64,000 nucleotides of DNA from Selaginella moellendorffii (lineage: Eukaryota; Plantae; Lycopodiophyta), in assembly GCF_000143415.4 (NCBI RefSeq), contig NW_003314410.1, positions 1-64,000 of the forward strand, given 5' to 3'. Below, one piece after another: positions 11,314-23,429 of the stretch. The translations under genes were made by a program, and so were the position numbers. Every line of letters begins with the position of its first letter. Positions within the stretch are counted from its first letter, which is position 1. The notes under the pieces were generated by a model, which worked only from the letters and a program-made list of their open reading frames with translations, was not told the origin of the DNA and searched no databases.

Positions 11314-12886
11314 CTAATTATTGTCTTGTTTGTTATCCGGAAGAATCTGCGTCGGCCGTCCGTAAAATCCTCTCCTCGAGTACTCTCTCCATCTTCGTGC
11401 TGCTGCAGCCGCTCGGTTGCGCTTCTCCCCAGCTTGTTTTTCCCATTCTTCTGTTATGCCACACTCAGTTTGATAGATGCGATGAGAGAGGAAGGGCTAG
11501 AATGCGAGACTTGCCTGGTCTTGTTCCCATGGTTTGGTTCCACATACCCTGCCACCAAGGATGCATGGAGCTATTCCGGGCGTTCGCAGCTCTATTCATT
11601 GCACGAATCTGCAGTGAGAAGAGAAGATGGTTAACTCATTTGGACAAACTGTAGGGAGAGTACCCGGGCTTTTGCTTGCTTCTTCTCCCACCTCGTACTG
11701 GCCTGGCAAGAGAAAACATTTCTGTGTGCTCGATTTTGCCTCAAATGTAGAGAGCTTACCGTTGCAAAAACGTCTGCGGATTGATAACCCATGCCTGAAA
11801 GCATGACGCCAACCTGTGAGAGCTCAGTTAATCACGAAGTTATAGATAGCCGGCCAGCCACTTACACTCACGCGCTCCACTCTTCGCATTTCATCCTCTA
11901 AAAGAGCGAGCTGAGGAGCAGAAACCCAGTGGATACAGTCCACGGGGCTTTGAAAACAGTTCGCGTTAGCTAGAAATGAAACTAGACACCAGCAAAACTT
12001 ACAAGAGAATAGGCAACGAAGTTACCATGATTCTATAGCAATCTGTGAAAGCGATGCGTCGCCAGATTGCGAAACAACTCGTGCTCTTCCGTGTTCTTCC
12101 TCAATTGCGAACGTACAAGGCGCTGTATTCACACAGTTCTTACATCCTATCCTTCGAGACACGACTATACATTAGAAAGTGAAAGAGAGAGAACACAAAA
12201 GCTTGATACGTACCGATGCATGAAACCTCGTCCACAAACACTCGATCCTTGGTACACGTAACACTCAAGAAAGGGTTCTTTGAAGTCAGGGCGTAGCCAT
12301 TTATCTCGTCATACACCATCCTCTGCTCCGGATCACTCAGCACCTATCACACACCAATTCTTTTCATTGTGAGCTGAGAAAAAACACACACAAAAAAAAG
12401 AACGCACACAAAAAAAGAACGTTTTTACCTCGTACACTTCATTCACAAACATACAAAAATTTGTAGCTCCAGAGTCATCTCCAATCAAATCGGGATGGCA
12501 TTCTTTCATACAGGAGTAGTAAGCCTTTCTAATGTCCTCGGACGTAGCATCGGGCTCCTAGAAAAAACATGAACAAATGAAAGAAAGGAACTGAAAACAT
12601 AAAAAGGAACAACAAAGAACCATACCAATCCTAGAACCGAGTAGTAGTCCTCTTCAGGCGCCTCAGTCCCAATGGAAGAGCTATCGTCCACTGTTGCTCT
12701 TGCTGCCACCGAACGACTATAATTTCTATAAGATCGGAGCTTCCTTCCAAATACCGAGGAAGAACATTCTCTAACAGCTCTCCCTAAATCTCGTCCAATT
12801 ACACTATTCGAATGATCTACAGGAAGAATTGTCTTTCTCCTTGGATCTAGCGCCGACACGCAGCGATTGACAGCCGTGGCGGCCAT
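11314..12886 (-). CDS. DJC77: Chloroplast DnaJ protein with C-terminal 4Fe-4S ferredoxin domain (DJC77/CDJ3-4 type), multi-exon
   Basis: Transit peptide, J-domain (DYYSVLGL...CHPD...VLSDP), ferredoxin motif FVDEVSCIGCKNC...CPVDCIHWV, C-terminal AAAAARRWREYSRRG. Confidence 0.9.
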
Positions 12887-13039
12887 TTCTTTGATTGATC
12901 TAGCTGCTATAGCGCATAGAAAATGAATCTCTAGAGCTTGCCTGGCGCCATGGCCTCGTCTTACCTAGCCTAGAAATATTCTCGCAACGAGAACGAAATT
13001 TTTGTGTGCGTGGAGAGCACACTCAAAGTATCTCCACGC

Positions 13040-13150
13040 ACGCGTCGCCACGTGGACGTAAGCCACGTGTCAAATACGTGGATTTATCTAGGGCACACTT
13101 GTTAGAAAGAGCATTTGGTATATTCTTGGGACACGTCACGGAGTTTAAAA
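13040..13150. promoter_or_regulatory. G-box/ABRE cluster in a divergent promoter between DJC77 and TL19
   Basis: GCCACGTGG, GCCACGTGTC and GACACGTCA within a 290-bp head-to-head gap. Confidence 0.65.
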
Positions 13151-13176
13151 ACTTTGCCAATGCGGATATAGTGGCC

Positions 13177-13929
13177 ATGGCGGCAATGGCTTGTATTTCC
13201 CTCGCCACTCTCCCCAGGTCTTCTAAGGCTAGGGTTTTCGCGGCGGCAGGAAGAGGAGGATCGATCGCCTCGGCATCCACAGCTACATGCGGTAGGCGGC
13301 AGGCACTAGCGCTGCTAGCGCTTGCGTCGTCCACGGCATTTGGATCGAATTCGAAGGCGGCATTCTCTCTCGATTCCCCGGTGGCGGCAGCGGCGGAAGA
13401 GGGATCCTCGCCGTTTGAGACGTATTACGGCACAGCCGCGAGCGCGTCCAGCTATGGCGGCTATGGCGGGAATGCGAGCAAGAAGGACTCGGCCGAGTAT
13501 ATCTTCGAGGTGCCCCAGGGATGGAAGGAGCGCCTCATCTCCAAGGTCGAGAAGGGCACGAATGGGACCGACTCGGAGTTTTACAACCCACGCAGGAAAG
13601 GTGAGAAGACTTACCTCACATACTTGGCAGGATTTCGCAAGCTCGCCAACCGAGACAACGTCCTCAACGATCTCTCCCTCTCGGACGTGAGCTTGCAAGA
13701 CGATATCTCCCAGGCCGATAGCATCAAGGCCTCGGACAAGCAAAACGATTCCGGCCAGCTCTACTACGAGTATGAGATCCAGGGGCCGGTGGCTCACAGC
13801 CTCATCTTCGTTACGTGCGCCAAGAACAAGCTCTACGCCCACTACGTGAGAGCTCCCACGCAGGACTGGACGAGAGACGAGCCCATGCTAAGGCACGTTC
13901 ATGAATCCTTCATGACTGTGGGAGCGTGA
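13177..13929 (+). CDS. TL19: Thylakoid lumenal 19 kDa protein (PsbP family), single exon
   Basis: Bipartite transit peptide with twin-Arg (GRRQALALL); YYGTAASASSYGGYGGN...AEYIFEVPQGWKERLISKVEKGTNGTDSEFYNP. Confidence 0.9.
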   Translation: MAAMACISLATLPRSSKARVFAAAGRGGSIASASTATCGRRQALALLALASSTAFGSNSKAAFSLDSPVAAAAEEGSSPFETYYGTAASASSYGGYGGNASKKDSAEYIFEVPQGWKERLISKVEKGTNGTDSEFYNPRRKGEKTYLTYLAGFRKLANRDNVLNDLSLSDVSLQDDISQADSIKASDKQNDSGQLYYEYEIQGPVAHSLIFVTCAKNKLYAHYVRAPTQDWTRDEPMLRHVHESFMTVGA

Positions 13930-14135
13930 AAGATTACCAGGTGTGGTTTTCATGGTTTTTTCTTCATTGCTTAAGAAAGTTTGATTTTCCTTATGCAGTG
14001 GTTTTGATCCAAGTTGTCTCGATCATACGGCTCTTGTCATTGTATAGTTATGGTTTTACATACAGTTAGAAGTTGTTCTTACGCCCACTTCCTATTCACA
14101 AGACAAAAAGTTCGCCAGGATGAAGAAAAAGTCGC

Positions 14136-15098
14136 TCAAGCTACAGGAGGCCTCAAGAGAGAATCCTCCGTCGAAGTGGACGACGAAGGCATCCATTGCC
14201 ACATCCCGCCTGCCGGGAAGGCCGACACCGTCTCGAGCTTGAGCTTTTCGGAGGGTGGAAGCGAGTGGTTTTGAGCAGCCAGTGCCGCGGCCGCGGCCGC
14301 TGCTTGGTACGCGGGATGAGGGACGAAGGAGACCGAGAACGTCTTTAGCTGCTCTTCGAGCCTCTCCTTCTCGGCTTTTAGTCTGAGCTTCTCGTCCCGG
14401 AGTTCGTTCTTCTCAATCTGCGGAAGCGAGCGAGAGTAATTGCTTTGCTTTGCTCTGCTGTGTCGCACTAACGAACCTTTAAGTCTTTAACAGCTTCACG
14501 GAGCTTGTCGTTGGATTCCTTGAGCTGCTGGGCCTCTTGTCGCAGCTGCAGCAAAACGCATGCCGCTTCGATGAGGATGGCGGATTTGTCGGACTTGAGA
14601 GGCCTTCCCGGTTCCAGTGCGCCGCTCAATTCGAAAAACCTGTCAAGAGTACAAAAGGGAATTTTTCAACACAGGAGTCCCGTGGAAACAGTGAGGCACT
14701 CACTTATCATTGAGCTTATCCCGTCTCATCTTCTCTCGGACAGCCTTGGAGGACGTTGCGTCGTCCCGCGGCCTGCAAGAAGAACAAGCAAAACTTGTCA
14801 ACCAAATTTCAAACTCAGGGACTCGGAAGAAATGAGCTAAAAGAAAAGCCGACCTTTTGCGAGGCGATTTGTCAAGCTTTAGAGACTCGGCTCTGTAAAA
14901 GACGCGATTGCGATGAATCCGAGGTGAAAATGAAAGTTGGAGTTACCTGAAACAAGAACCATGTTGCAATTGGACCTGTTCTTGCTGCTCCGAAGAGAGA
15001 ACAAGAATCGGCTGCGGCTTGGTGAGCTCCTCCAGTAAACTCTCGTCCAGAAAAGCTAGCCACTGCCTGCTCTGTGCCGAGAAGCAAGAATAAGCCAT
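14136..15098 (-). CDS. bHLH subgroup IVc transcription factor (ILR3/bHLH104/115/34-like), 5 coding exons
   Basis: SKAVREKMRRDKLNDKF.EL...LEPGRP.KSDK.AIL, leucine zipper EKNELRDEK.RLKAEKERLE, C-terminal MWQWMP...LRPPVA. Confidence 0.9.
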
Positions 15099-16243
15099 TT
15101 AATTCTCCACCTTGATCGGCTCCGGGAAGAAAAAAAATCGATTGTTGAGACTCCCTCTTCCAGCCCCAACCTGTTCACAAATTTCCTTCTTTGTTTCTCT
15201 GTGTCCCTGTGTGTTCTTCAGCCCTCACCGGGCTTGCCTCCTCGTAGACACAAATGGCCCACAAATACAGTGTTTACACCACCAAACTTGGTGATGCTGG
15301 CTTTACCACCCTTGGCCTTCACCTTTGTTTTGGCGGCAAGGGGAAAAGCTTACCGCTAGCATCATCGTCGTTGCTAGCTATCCCTCTCAATCATTCAACT
15401 CCGCATTGGAAACAGTATCATATAGCTGCAAACTCGAAGAAAAACGAACTCGTTAAAACAAGGAGTGGCCCAGCTTTTGAGAGCACCTGTTTGTCGTCGT
15501 AGAGGGCCACTTGAGCTAACTTGTCGGTATCGACCAAGCGCTTGTGTCGGCCTCAAACCTCGCCATCAATCTCGAGCTAAAAGAAAAATCGGCAAGATAT
15601 AAGAAGGGAAAAGATAACACGAGCCTTGAAGATTCTTAACTATGGCATTTCAACGCGCTTAGGTGGAATAAACATACAACAAAAAACACACTGCATTCAA
15701 CGCAGTAACAAGGGATTAGTTTACGAGACGAGATAAAACCTTTACCTTGGAATCGGAACAGAGCTCCCAAGTTCATGAAGTATCATGAATGAGAGCAATG
15801 TGTTTCGCTTTTGATGTCAGAGGACTAAACTCGAACCAGCCAAGCTGCCACCACTCAACAACATGCAACCGAATGTGACTTTTGTCTGTTTGAGCAACTT
15901 GCTAAGCGGGCCACCTGGAAAACTGGATAAGTACGCGATTTTAAGCTATCAGATCTTGTATAAGAACAAAGAATACCTGGCCCACGCTGCTATCGTATGC
16001 TTGGGCCACCTTCGCAAATTATTCTTCCGGCGCTTCTAAAATCCTCCCCCTCCCAGGAAGGATGCATCTGAAGGCTGAGTGGCGCGTTGAAATATCTGCC
16101 GGTTAAAGATTTCCATGCTTCTTGCAGAAGTCAGAAGCTAGGCGAGACGTCTGAAAACAATACCAAAATCATTCAGCGTGCACACGTTGCAAAGAGAAAA
16201 AGAATAAGAATTCCAGTACTGACCAGGTCAGAGATCCGAGCAG

Positions 16244-19200
16244 CTACTTCATATCCTTCGCAAGTGTCATCAAAGCTTCGGTCACAACCACGTCGAAAGA
16301 GGCTACCATGCGGGAAATCGTCTCGCAGAGGTAGAAAAGAGAGCTCTCTCTCAGCCTTTCAGGGTCGAAGCTTTCCCTCTTCTGCCTCTGCTGCTGTTGC
16401 TGTGCTTCCAGGTAGCGTTTCAGTGCAAAGTGCGATATGTTCCACGTAGCAAAAGACTGTGGCACTCGCATGAGTTGGAGCACCAAGCTGGCAGCAGCTC
16501 CATAGTGACGTCCTCTCGTCATCTCCGAGACGAAGTATGGCACGATGACGTTCAGAGATGGAGCTCCAAGGCTGTCTTCGGGTAACAGTATTCCTGCCTG
16601 AGACTTGTGAAGGAGCTCCGCAAAACCTTTCGAGAGAGCCGAGAAAAGACCGGTTAAGGTTGAAGCACTAGCGATGGTTGGAAGAAGTCGTGCAGAAAGA
16701 AGTAAAACCATAGCGGCTTTGTCCAGAACCGCACCCTGACTCTGTAACTCAGCCTCAACACGATCCATATAAGTGCTCCTCAGAGATTCATAGGGGAGCA
16801 AGAGTGCAAACTTCAGCCCCAACAGTGGATTCTCTTGTGCTGCACAGTGGACAAATTCCTCGGCTTCGTCCTTGTTGAGTAGAGCGGATGAGCTCGTAGA
16901 CCACCTATCCAGCACGCTCAGAGCTGCTTCAAGGCCTCGGTACTGGATCAGCTTCTGGCAGGCTATCTTCCAAAGTGATTGTAGCTTGGGAGCTTCTACC
17001 GTCTCAGCAACGTCAAAATCTTGCCACCCGTCGCCCCAGCCATCCTCACCACCCTTGTCTTCAGCTCGTTGCAAGTCGTCTTCATTGTCTTCCTTGGTCT
17101 CAAAGACAGTTTCCCACTCCTCAAGCAGTAGCTTTAGAGCCGCGGCTTGTTTCTTCGTCGAAGTATTCTCGGCTAGCCTCGAAAAACAGTGCCATGCATC
17201 CTCTACGCTCGCCAGGTCAGCTTCTGTAACTTCACCGTCTGCAAACTCCTGAGCAACTATGTCCCTGGACCTCCGGGCGGCAACGGCTAGTTTTCTTTCA
17301 GTAGGCTCCAGCGAGCTTATATTCGTAGGCGTCTCGTCCAGCTCGGTTAAAGGCTCATCGTCCTGCAAAACAACCTTGATATCAAAACACCAAGGAACCA
17401 AAAGCAACTAACAGACCTTTGGCGTCGTAACATCGTCTTGGAGAAAATCGTCTGGTGCGCCTACTTCCTCCTTTTCTGATCCCTCAGTGGAGGCAGATCC
17501 CTCTGTGGAGGCAGAGTCAGACACCTCTAGAAGTGTCACTGGTAAATACTCATCTACCAAGTCGAACTCCTTCCACGCAGACAGTAGCTCTCCAATAGAC
17601 TCGCCGTCGCAATGGCGGAGTGAAAAGCTGATGAGCTCCTTCCGGGACTTAATATCTAGTCTCTCCGCATCGGGACCCCGTCCAATAGCTGCGCAAAGGT
17701 CCCAGACTTTGCCATGGTCTTTCCTTGCCAGGCTAAGGCACAGCTCTTGAGCCACAGCAACATCCCCGTGAGCGGCTGCTTCTCGAGCAAGTGCTTCCTC
17801 GACAAAGGCCATCTGACTGGTATCTTTGTAACCAAGCAGTCTCGCCACCTCGAACACTTCCTCGAGCGGAACGTGAGACTCCTTGTGAGACTCAATAGCC
17901 ATTTTCAGAACTTCCATCGGATCCTTGATCTGACGAAACTGCGCTGGCAGCATCGTCACACCCAGATATGGTAGCCTTTCGGTGACGGCTACAATGATAT
18001 CACGTTCAGCTATCCCAGACCCGGAATCTGGTATGAGGCTTAAACAGTCCTTAGCCCTGTCAATCTGCAAGAGACACGAACTTCAGCATCAAATACAGCT
18101 TCAAGGCGAAAGACTTACGTCAGGAGAATCCAGAGTGTTTGCAGAGTAGAAGAACTCTCGACTCGTTTGCAGCACGAGGCTTTCGATCTTTTCCTCGCTG
18201 AGAAGAGCAACTCCAGGATCCTTAAAATATGATTTTGCCAGGTGAAATCTTCCAGCTTTTAGAAGGCCCCGGCAAAACTCAGAAAGTAAATAGTCCTTCT
18301 CAAGAAATGTGAAGGCTTTTTCCTGAAGAACCTGTAAGTCCCGCCATAGTGCATTCCATTCCCCGTCCGATCGGCCTGGATGCTTCCGCAAAAACTTTGA
18401 CAATAATATACGAAGCATCTGTTTGGTTCCTTTCACATCCTCATTGGATGAAGCCAAGAATCCTATTTTCGTTGGAAGCTGCCAACAGCACTAGTAAGTT
18501 AGCGAACATATAATAGAGCTCGAAACATACCTGATAGCGAAACAAAATCTTTCCAGCCTGTATGTGTCCTTCGGCTGTCCTCAACCGTCTCGCAAGTTCA
18601 TCGCTGATTGCAGGATACCTTTTCGTCGGGCTCACGTTGAAAGGTGCATCCATCGATGTGTCTGTTAATGTTCTGTTAGGATATCGCAGTGCATTCACAA
18701 AACCTCTCCGTAAACCCCTTTCGCCATAAGTATCACTGGCCTTCTGCTGCTGCTTGTCATCTTCCCACGGTAACCTTGAAAGAATAGAGGCCATGAGCTC
18801 CCACTCATCTGTCTGGGAAGAGCTATAGATGCAGTCCAGACCCGCAGCAATTATCTCCGCTTCGTCCTTGAACAGCACACCCTTGTATGGTGGCTTGCAC
18901 GAATCCTCCAAGACAACCGCACAAAGTTGCAAGTTCGCTGACGCAACCTCCTTGAGATATCGAACGAGAAAGCTCTGCTGCGTCTCTCCTTGCTCAGCCA
19001 GCCCTTGTACGAAAGGAACTGCAACCTCCATCAGCCTGTCCACAACGTTGTCCTCGGTCACGCCCCTCAGCATCATCTTAAACTTGTCAAACGCATCCAG
19101 AGCTTCCCACGTTGCCAGTGCCAAGCTCGCGTCGTCCTCTTTGCACTCGGCATTCGAGAAGGACACCCTGCAAAGGTCCGCAACGTCCTTCCACAGATCG

Positions 19201-20083
19201 TTCAATCCGCTGACGCCCTTTTGTATCCCAGCATCCAGAAGAAACAAGCTGTTCTCGAGCTGACCACTCAGCTGGTCTATTCTTCTCGCTCGCTGCAGAT
19301 ACCACGAAGTTATCTCTTCCGCCGCAGGCCACCTTAAACCTCTGGACAAGTTCACCATAAACTCGGTAGACTCGTGAAGATCAACCTCGCCGGAGACTCC
19401 AGCATCTGCCAGCCTCACCACAGCTTCGCTTTCAATCCAGTCTTGGCCCCGACGAGGAAGTAAAACTTGAGGTGGTGACAACCTCGGAAGAAGCTGCTCG
19501 TAAGTGTGAGGTGAAAGCGTCTCTGGAATCCCGTCCAAAATGCTCAAGACGTGAGGAGCTAGAGCATAGCCGTGACGCTTCATTAGCAGCTCGAGAGCAC
19601 CCGTCTTCCCGTGCTCGGCGAAGGTAGACGCAAGCCTGTGCAAGCTGGTCGATCGAAAGATCATGTACTTTTGAGGATCATACCTGGGAAGTATAGCACT
19701 ACATTGAGAAAACGAGAAAGAAAAAGGAAACGAAAGAGCAAGACTAACCTCCCCATATGAATCCCCAGGTATGTGTCGAGGCGATCCTTGAATTGGAGCA
19801 AACGCAATCTCCCGAGAAGAAAGAATCTCCTCTCGTCGTCGCCTCCTCCAGCCTGATCCCTGAATTTCTCTGTCTCCGCCAGGCCGTAAGCTAGCAGCGC
19901 CGCCATGGCTTCGGATGTAGAGCACAGCCTCCGCAAGCACTCGCTCACGACCCATCGCCTGTCCCGGACGAATTCCAGGTTCTCCTGGATCGCATTGGCC
20001 CCGAAATCCGACTTTTTCCAGCGATCCCTGTAGAAATCCTGCGATGCATTTCCAGCGCCGCCAAGCGCCGATTGCCGCCCCAT
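16244..20083 (-). CDS. MIP2: MAG2-interacting protein 2 / NBAS-Sec39 family protein, shortened; start uncertain
   Basis: RLRLLQFKDRLDTYLGIHMGR, WYLQRARRIDQLSGQLENSL, LWRDLQVLQEKAF.FLE.DY.L.EFCRGLLKAGRF.LAK.Y, WDLCAAIGRGP; 5 exons. Confidence 0.85.
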
Positions 20084-21189
20084 GGATCGATGGATCCGCG
20101 CGTATTACATCTCTACGCTCACCTCCTCGATTCCAAAACCCTGTTGTTTTAGGGCTCTTGGGGCAACCCATAACTTTCATATTGTCCTGTGCTCTAACGG
20201 AGCTCCAGGAAGCACGAGAGCTTGCCGGACGAAACTCGAGCAACTGGAGGCTGATCGATTGGAGCTCCTCAAGCAAATACCGGGATTGAATCTATCGCCA
20301 GAAAGGGAAATGTGTCTCTGGAGTAGGAGTTTCAAAACAAAATCTCGCGGGGAGGTTGATGGAGAGTTCTAGCAACAGCTTTTTTGGCCCGAAAGGAGTA
20401 AAAGAGAAAAAATGGGAAGCTTTCGCTCACCACGCTAGCATTGACAGCGTTGATCGGATGGCGGAGGATATAGTATCCATCAAGAATTTGACTGAAAAAA
20501 AAGGCTTCCCTCGAAGCTTGGTGCTTGGAACAATTTCTTCGCCAGCACTATTTAGGCCGCCAAATACACCGTTTTGGAGGTCCAAAAGCGTTGGAGTGTG
20601 GTGACGAGCTTTATCTCAATTTTCTTAAAGTGGACTTCTCATTCATCTGAGGAACAAGTTACAAGAGAATGCGCTAATTTAATTACAACTACTAAGGGCC
20701 TCGATTGTTGCTTTGTTATGAATAACACGCTCAAACATGATAGACAACAAGACTATAAGCCAAACTATAAGCCATGGAGTCTTACGAAAGCTTTGACTCG
20801 AGGATCCAGATTAGATGCCAGACTTCCCAACAACGAAGCGTTTACGAGTCTTAATCTGGACCAAACCCATTCCTCGAGTCAAAGTTTTCGTGGCTTATAG
20901 TTCGTACGCAAGTAAAGTTGGCACACGCCCAGAACACTTTGGAGGGGCTCCAAGATAATGAACTTGGACAACGATTCCCATTTTTCGATGATGGAAGAAC
21001 GCCGGGCGTCTTTATAAAAGCACGAAAAAAACGTAAGGGTCTTTAACTGTGTCAAAAGCTAGGAGGCAAATTCTTGCAATGGACACAATGCAGTGATACG
21101 ACACGCAAATGCGATCAGACAGCAATCGTTCATTTTGTAGAAATGATCTTGGGACACCTCTTATTTTAGGGTTCCTGTGGAGAAGGGCA

Positions 21190-22216
21190 ATGGCGACCAC
21201 GCTGGCCAAGAGGCCAAAGCTGTCGGGGCTGGGCGAGTCGCCAGGCGCTCCAAGCGCGGCGCCATTCTCATCGCCCTACTCGCCCATCTCGCTCACATTC
21301 ACCCTCAACGTTATTTCCTGTGGCTTCTGCAAGGAGGTTCTCGTCAGCTGCATTTACCAGGTATCTCGTTCTCTTCTTGTGATCTTGTTCGTTTAAGATT
21401 GTGAGATCTTATGGCTGTGTTCTATTTGCATAACTCTCTCGTTTTGGCTTGCGAGAATCTATTAACTGCTTGCGAGATCTTTGGCTATTACTGTTACTCA
21501 TGCTTCGGGCTTGCTAGATCTTTGTTTTGTGTTCTATTCTTGCAACTCATAGCATTATCTTCGATTGAATTGCTCGTTTCCAGTGCCGGAACCATCACCT
21601 CGTCTGCGCGCATTGCCGCAACACCGAGCGGAGGTGGTGCTCATGCCCCGGCACCGTCGAGAGCTTCCGGAACGAGGCGCTGGAGCGGCTGGTTGGCTGC
21701 TTCTCCGTGCTGTGCTCCAACTCGTCCTTTGGCTGCCCGGACGCGTTCCCAATCTATGCGCGGCGAGCTCACGAGGCCAGGTGCTCCTTCGCCCCCCGGA
21801 GGTGTGCGAGCTGCAGCTTCACCGGCGCGGCGTCGCAGTTTAGCTCCCACTTCAGCGACCACCACCGCTGGAACATCATCGACATCCCGGACTACAACGT
21901 CGAGTTCGGCATGGCGCTCAAGGGCAGCGAGGCGAGGGTCATCCCCGTCCGGATTGGATCGTCCGAGGCGATGTTCCTCATCCACTTCGAGCAGCAGGGA
22001 TCCTCCGGCCGCCTCTATCCGTCCGAGGTTGCTCGCCACCAGGAGAACGTCAAGGTGAGCATCTCGGTTTTCAAGGGCGGGGAGGTGGAGCTGTGGATGA
22101 AGTGCGTGCCAAAGAGCATGGCCAAGGCGGAAGCAGGGCCGTATTTGTGCGTTCCAGACTACTGTCATCTTCCTGATGGACGCATATGGACCGAGATTTG
22201 CATCAAGCGCGGCTAG
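21190..22216 (+). CDS. SINA-like E3 ubiquitin ligase (RING + SIAH zinc finger), 2 exons (intron 21361-21583)
   Basis: CGFC...IYQ/CRNHHLVCAHC...RNEALERLV...C.NSSFGC...HEARCSFAP..C..C.F.G...HFSDHH. Confidence 0.85.
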
Positions 22217-22620
22217 AACAGCGCTAGCCTACTCGGTAAGCTTTGAAGAGTTTTTCCTTTTTTCTGTTCTTCCAGATGATTGTAGTTTCTTTCTCGTTGA
22301 TTTCTTCTTGTCGAGATGACTAACAGCTTCTTCACGTCATGCAGAGATTCCGCTTTGGTTTTTTTTTTTTTCTTGGCTCATACCCGGAAGATCAGCGTAG
22401 ACTTTTCATTTGTAGCACATGTAAATAGACTTGTGAGACGTGGTGCTCGCAATACGCGTGAAGGAACGCTTCTCAGCGTTTTTTCGTTGTCGTTTCGTAG
22501 AAGCTTTTCTTCGTCAAACAAGATCTCCAAACAGTTGCTCTCCGAGAATGAGAATGGCGGGCTCGAGAAAGAGTAAAAGGTTTTCTCCGCGAGATTGAGA
22601 GGAGAGAAACTCTTCCTTTC

Positions 22621-23187
22621 ATGGCCAACGGAAGCATCTACGACAATAACTCCCGTCACACCGTGAGGAACGTCCATGGAATCGTGTGCGCGCTCTCGTG
22701 GGGGATCTTGATCCCGCTGGTGATCCGCTGGTATGGATTCGTGACGCGCCTCCAGGTCCAGGGGAGGCACCTCAAGCTCTTCTACGCCGTGAGGATCATC
22801 GCCTACACGCTGGGCTTTGGCGGCACGATCGTCGGCCTGTGGCTCGCCGGCGACGCGGGAGAGATTGGAAACAAGGCGCACTTTAGCATCGCGATCGCGC
22901 TGCTGGTGCTGGGAGGGATAGGGGCGATCGGATTCCAGTGCTACTGCTGCTGCCCGGTGGATGGAGTGGCGTGGGCGGTGATGATCATGGGGATCGTCAA
23001 TGTTTTCAAGGGATTCGACATGCTGGATCCTCCGCGCGGCTATAGGATTGCGTACACCGTTGTGCTATCGCTGGGATGCGTTGCTGGGGTCGCCGCGGAG
23101 ATTCTCATGTGTGTGCTGCGTCCCTTCCAGAGTGGCTACATTCACCGCCAGGAGAGCGCTACGTTCACCACATCCTACGGAGTCTAG
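22621..23187 (+). CDS. Cytochrome b561-like membrane protein (CYBDOM-type domain without DOMON), single exon
   Basis: RNVHGIVCALSWGILIPL, KAHFSIAI, NVFKGFDMLDP motifs of CYBDOM b561 domains. Confidence 0.75.
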   Translation: MANGSIYDNNSRHTVRNVHGIVCALSWGILIPLVIRWYGFVTRLQVQGRHLKLFYAVRIIAYTLGFGGTIVGLWLAGDAGEIGNKAHFSIAIALLVLGGIGAIGFQCYCCCPVDGVAWAVMIMGIVNVFKGFDMLDPPRGYRIAYTVVLSLGCVAGVAAEILMCVLRPFQSGYIHRQESATFTTSYGV

Positions 23188-23243
23188 AGAAGGAATTAGC
23201 GAATTCTTGGAGGAATTGAGCGATTCCAATCCAATTCCCCTGT

Positions 23244-23429
23244 TCTTGAAGAAATTGATGAAATTCCATTGCTCTGTTTCGCAAGAGCCCAGTGTGATCA
23301 AGGCTAGAATTCATCCTCGGCCTATTTAGCCAATTCCTAGAGCGAGATCCACTCTGTTTTCTTGAAGAAATTGAAGAAATTCCATTGCTCTGTCTCGCAA
23401 GATCAAAGCTAGAAATCATCCTCGGCCTG
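23244..23429. repeat. Direct duplication (~70-80 bp x2) between the convergent b561-like genes
   Basis: TCTTGAAGAAATTGA.GAAATTCCATTGCTCTGT.TCGCAAGA...GCTAGAA.TCATCCTCGGCCT at ~23244 and ~23360. Confidence 0.85.
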
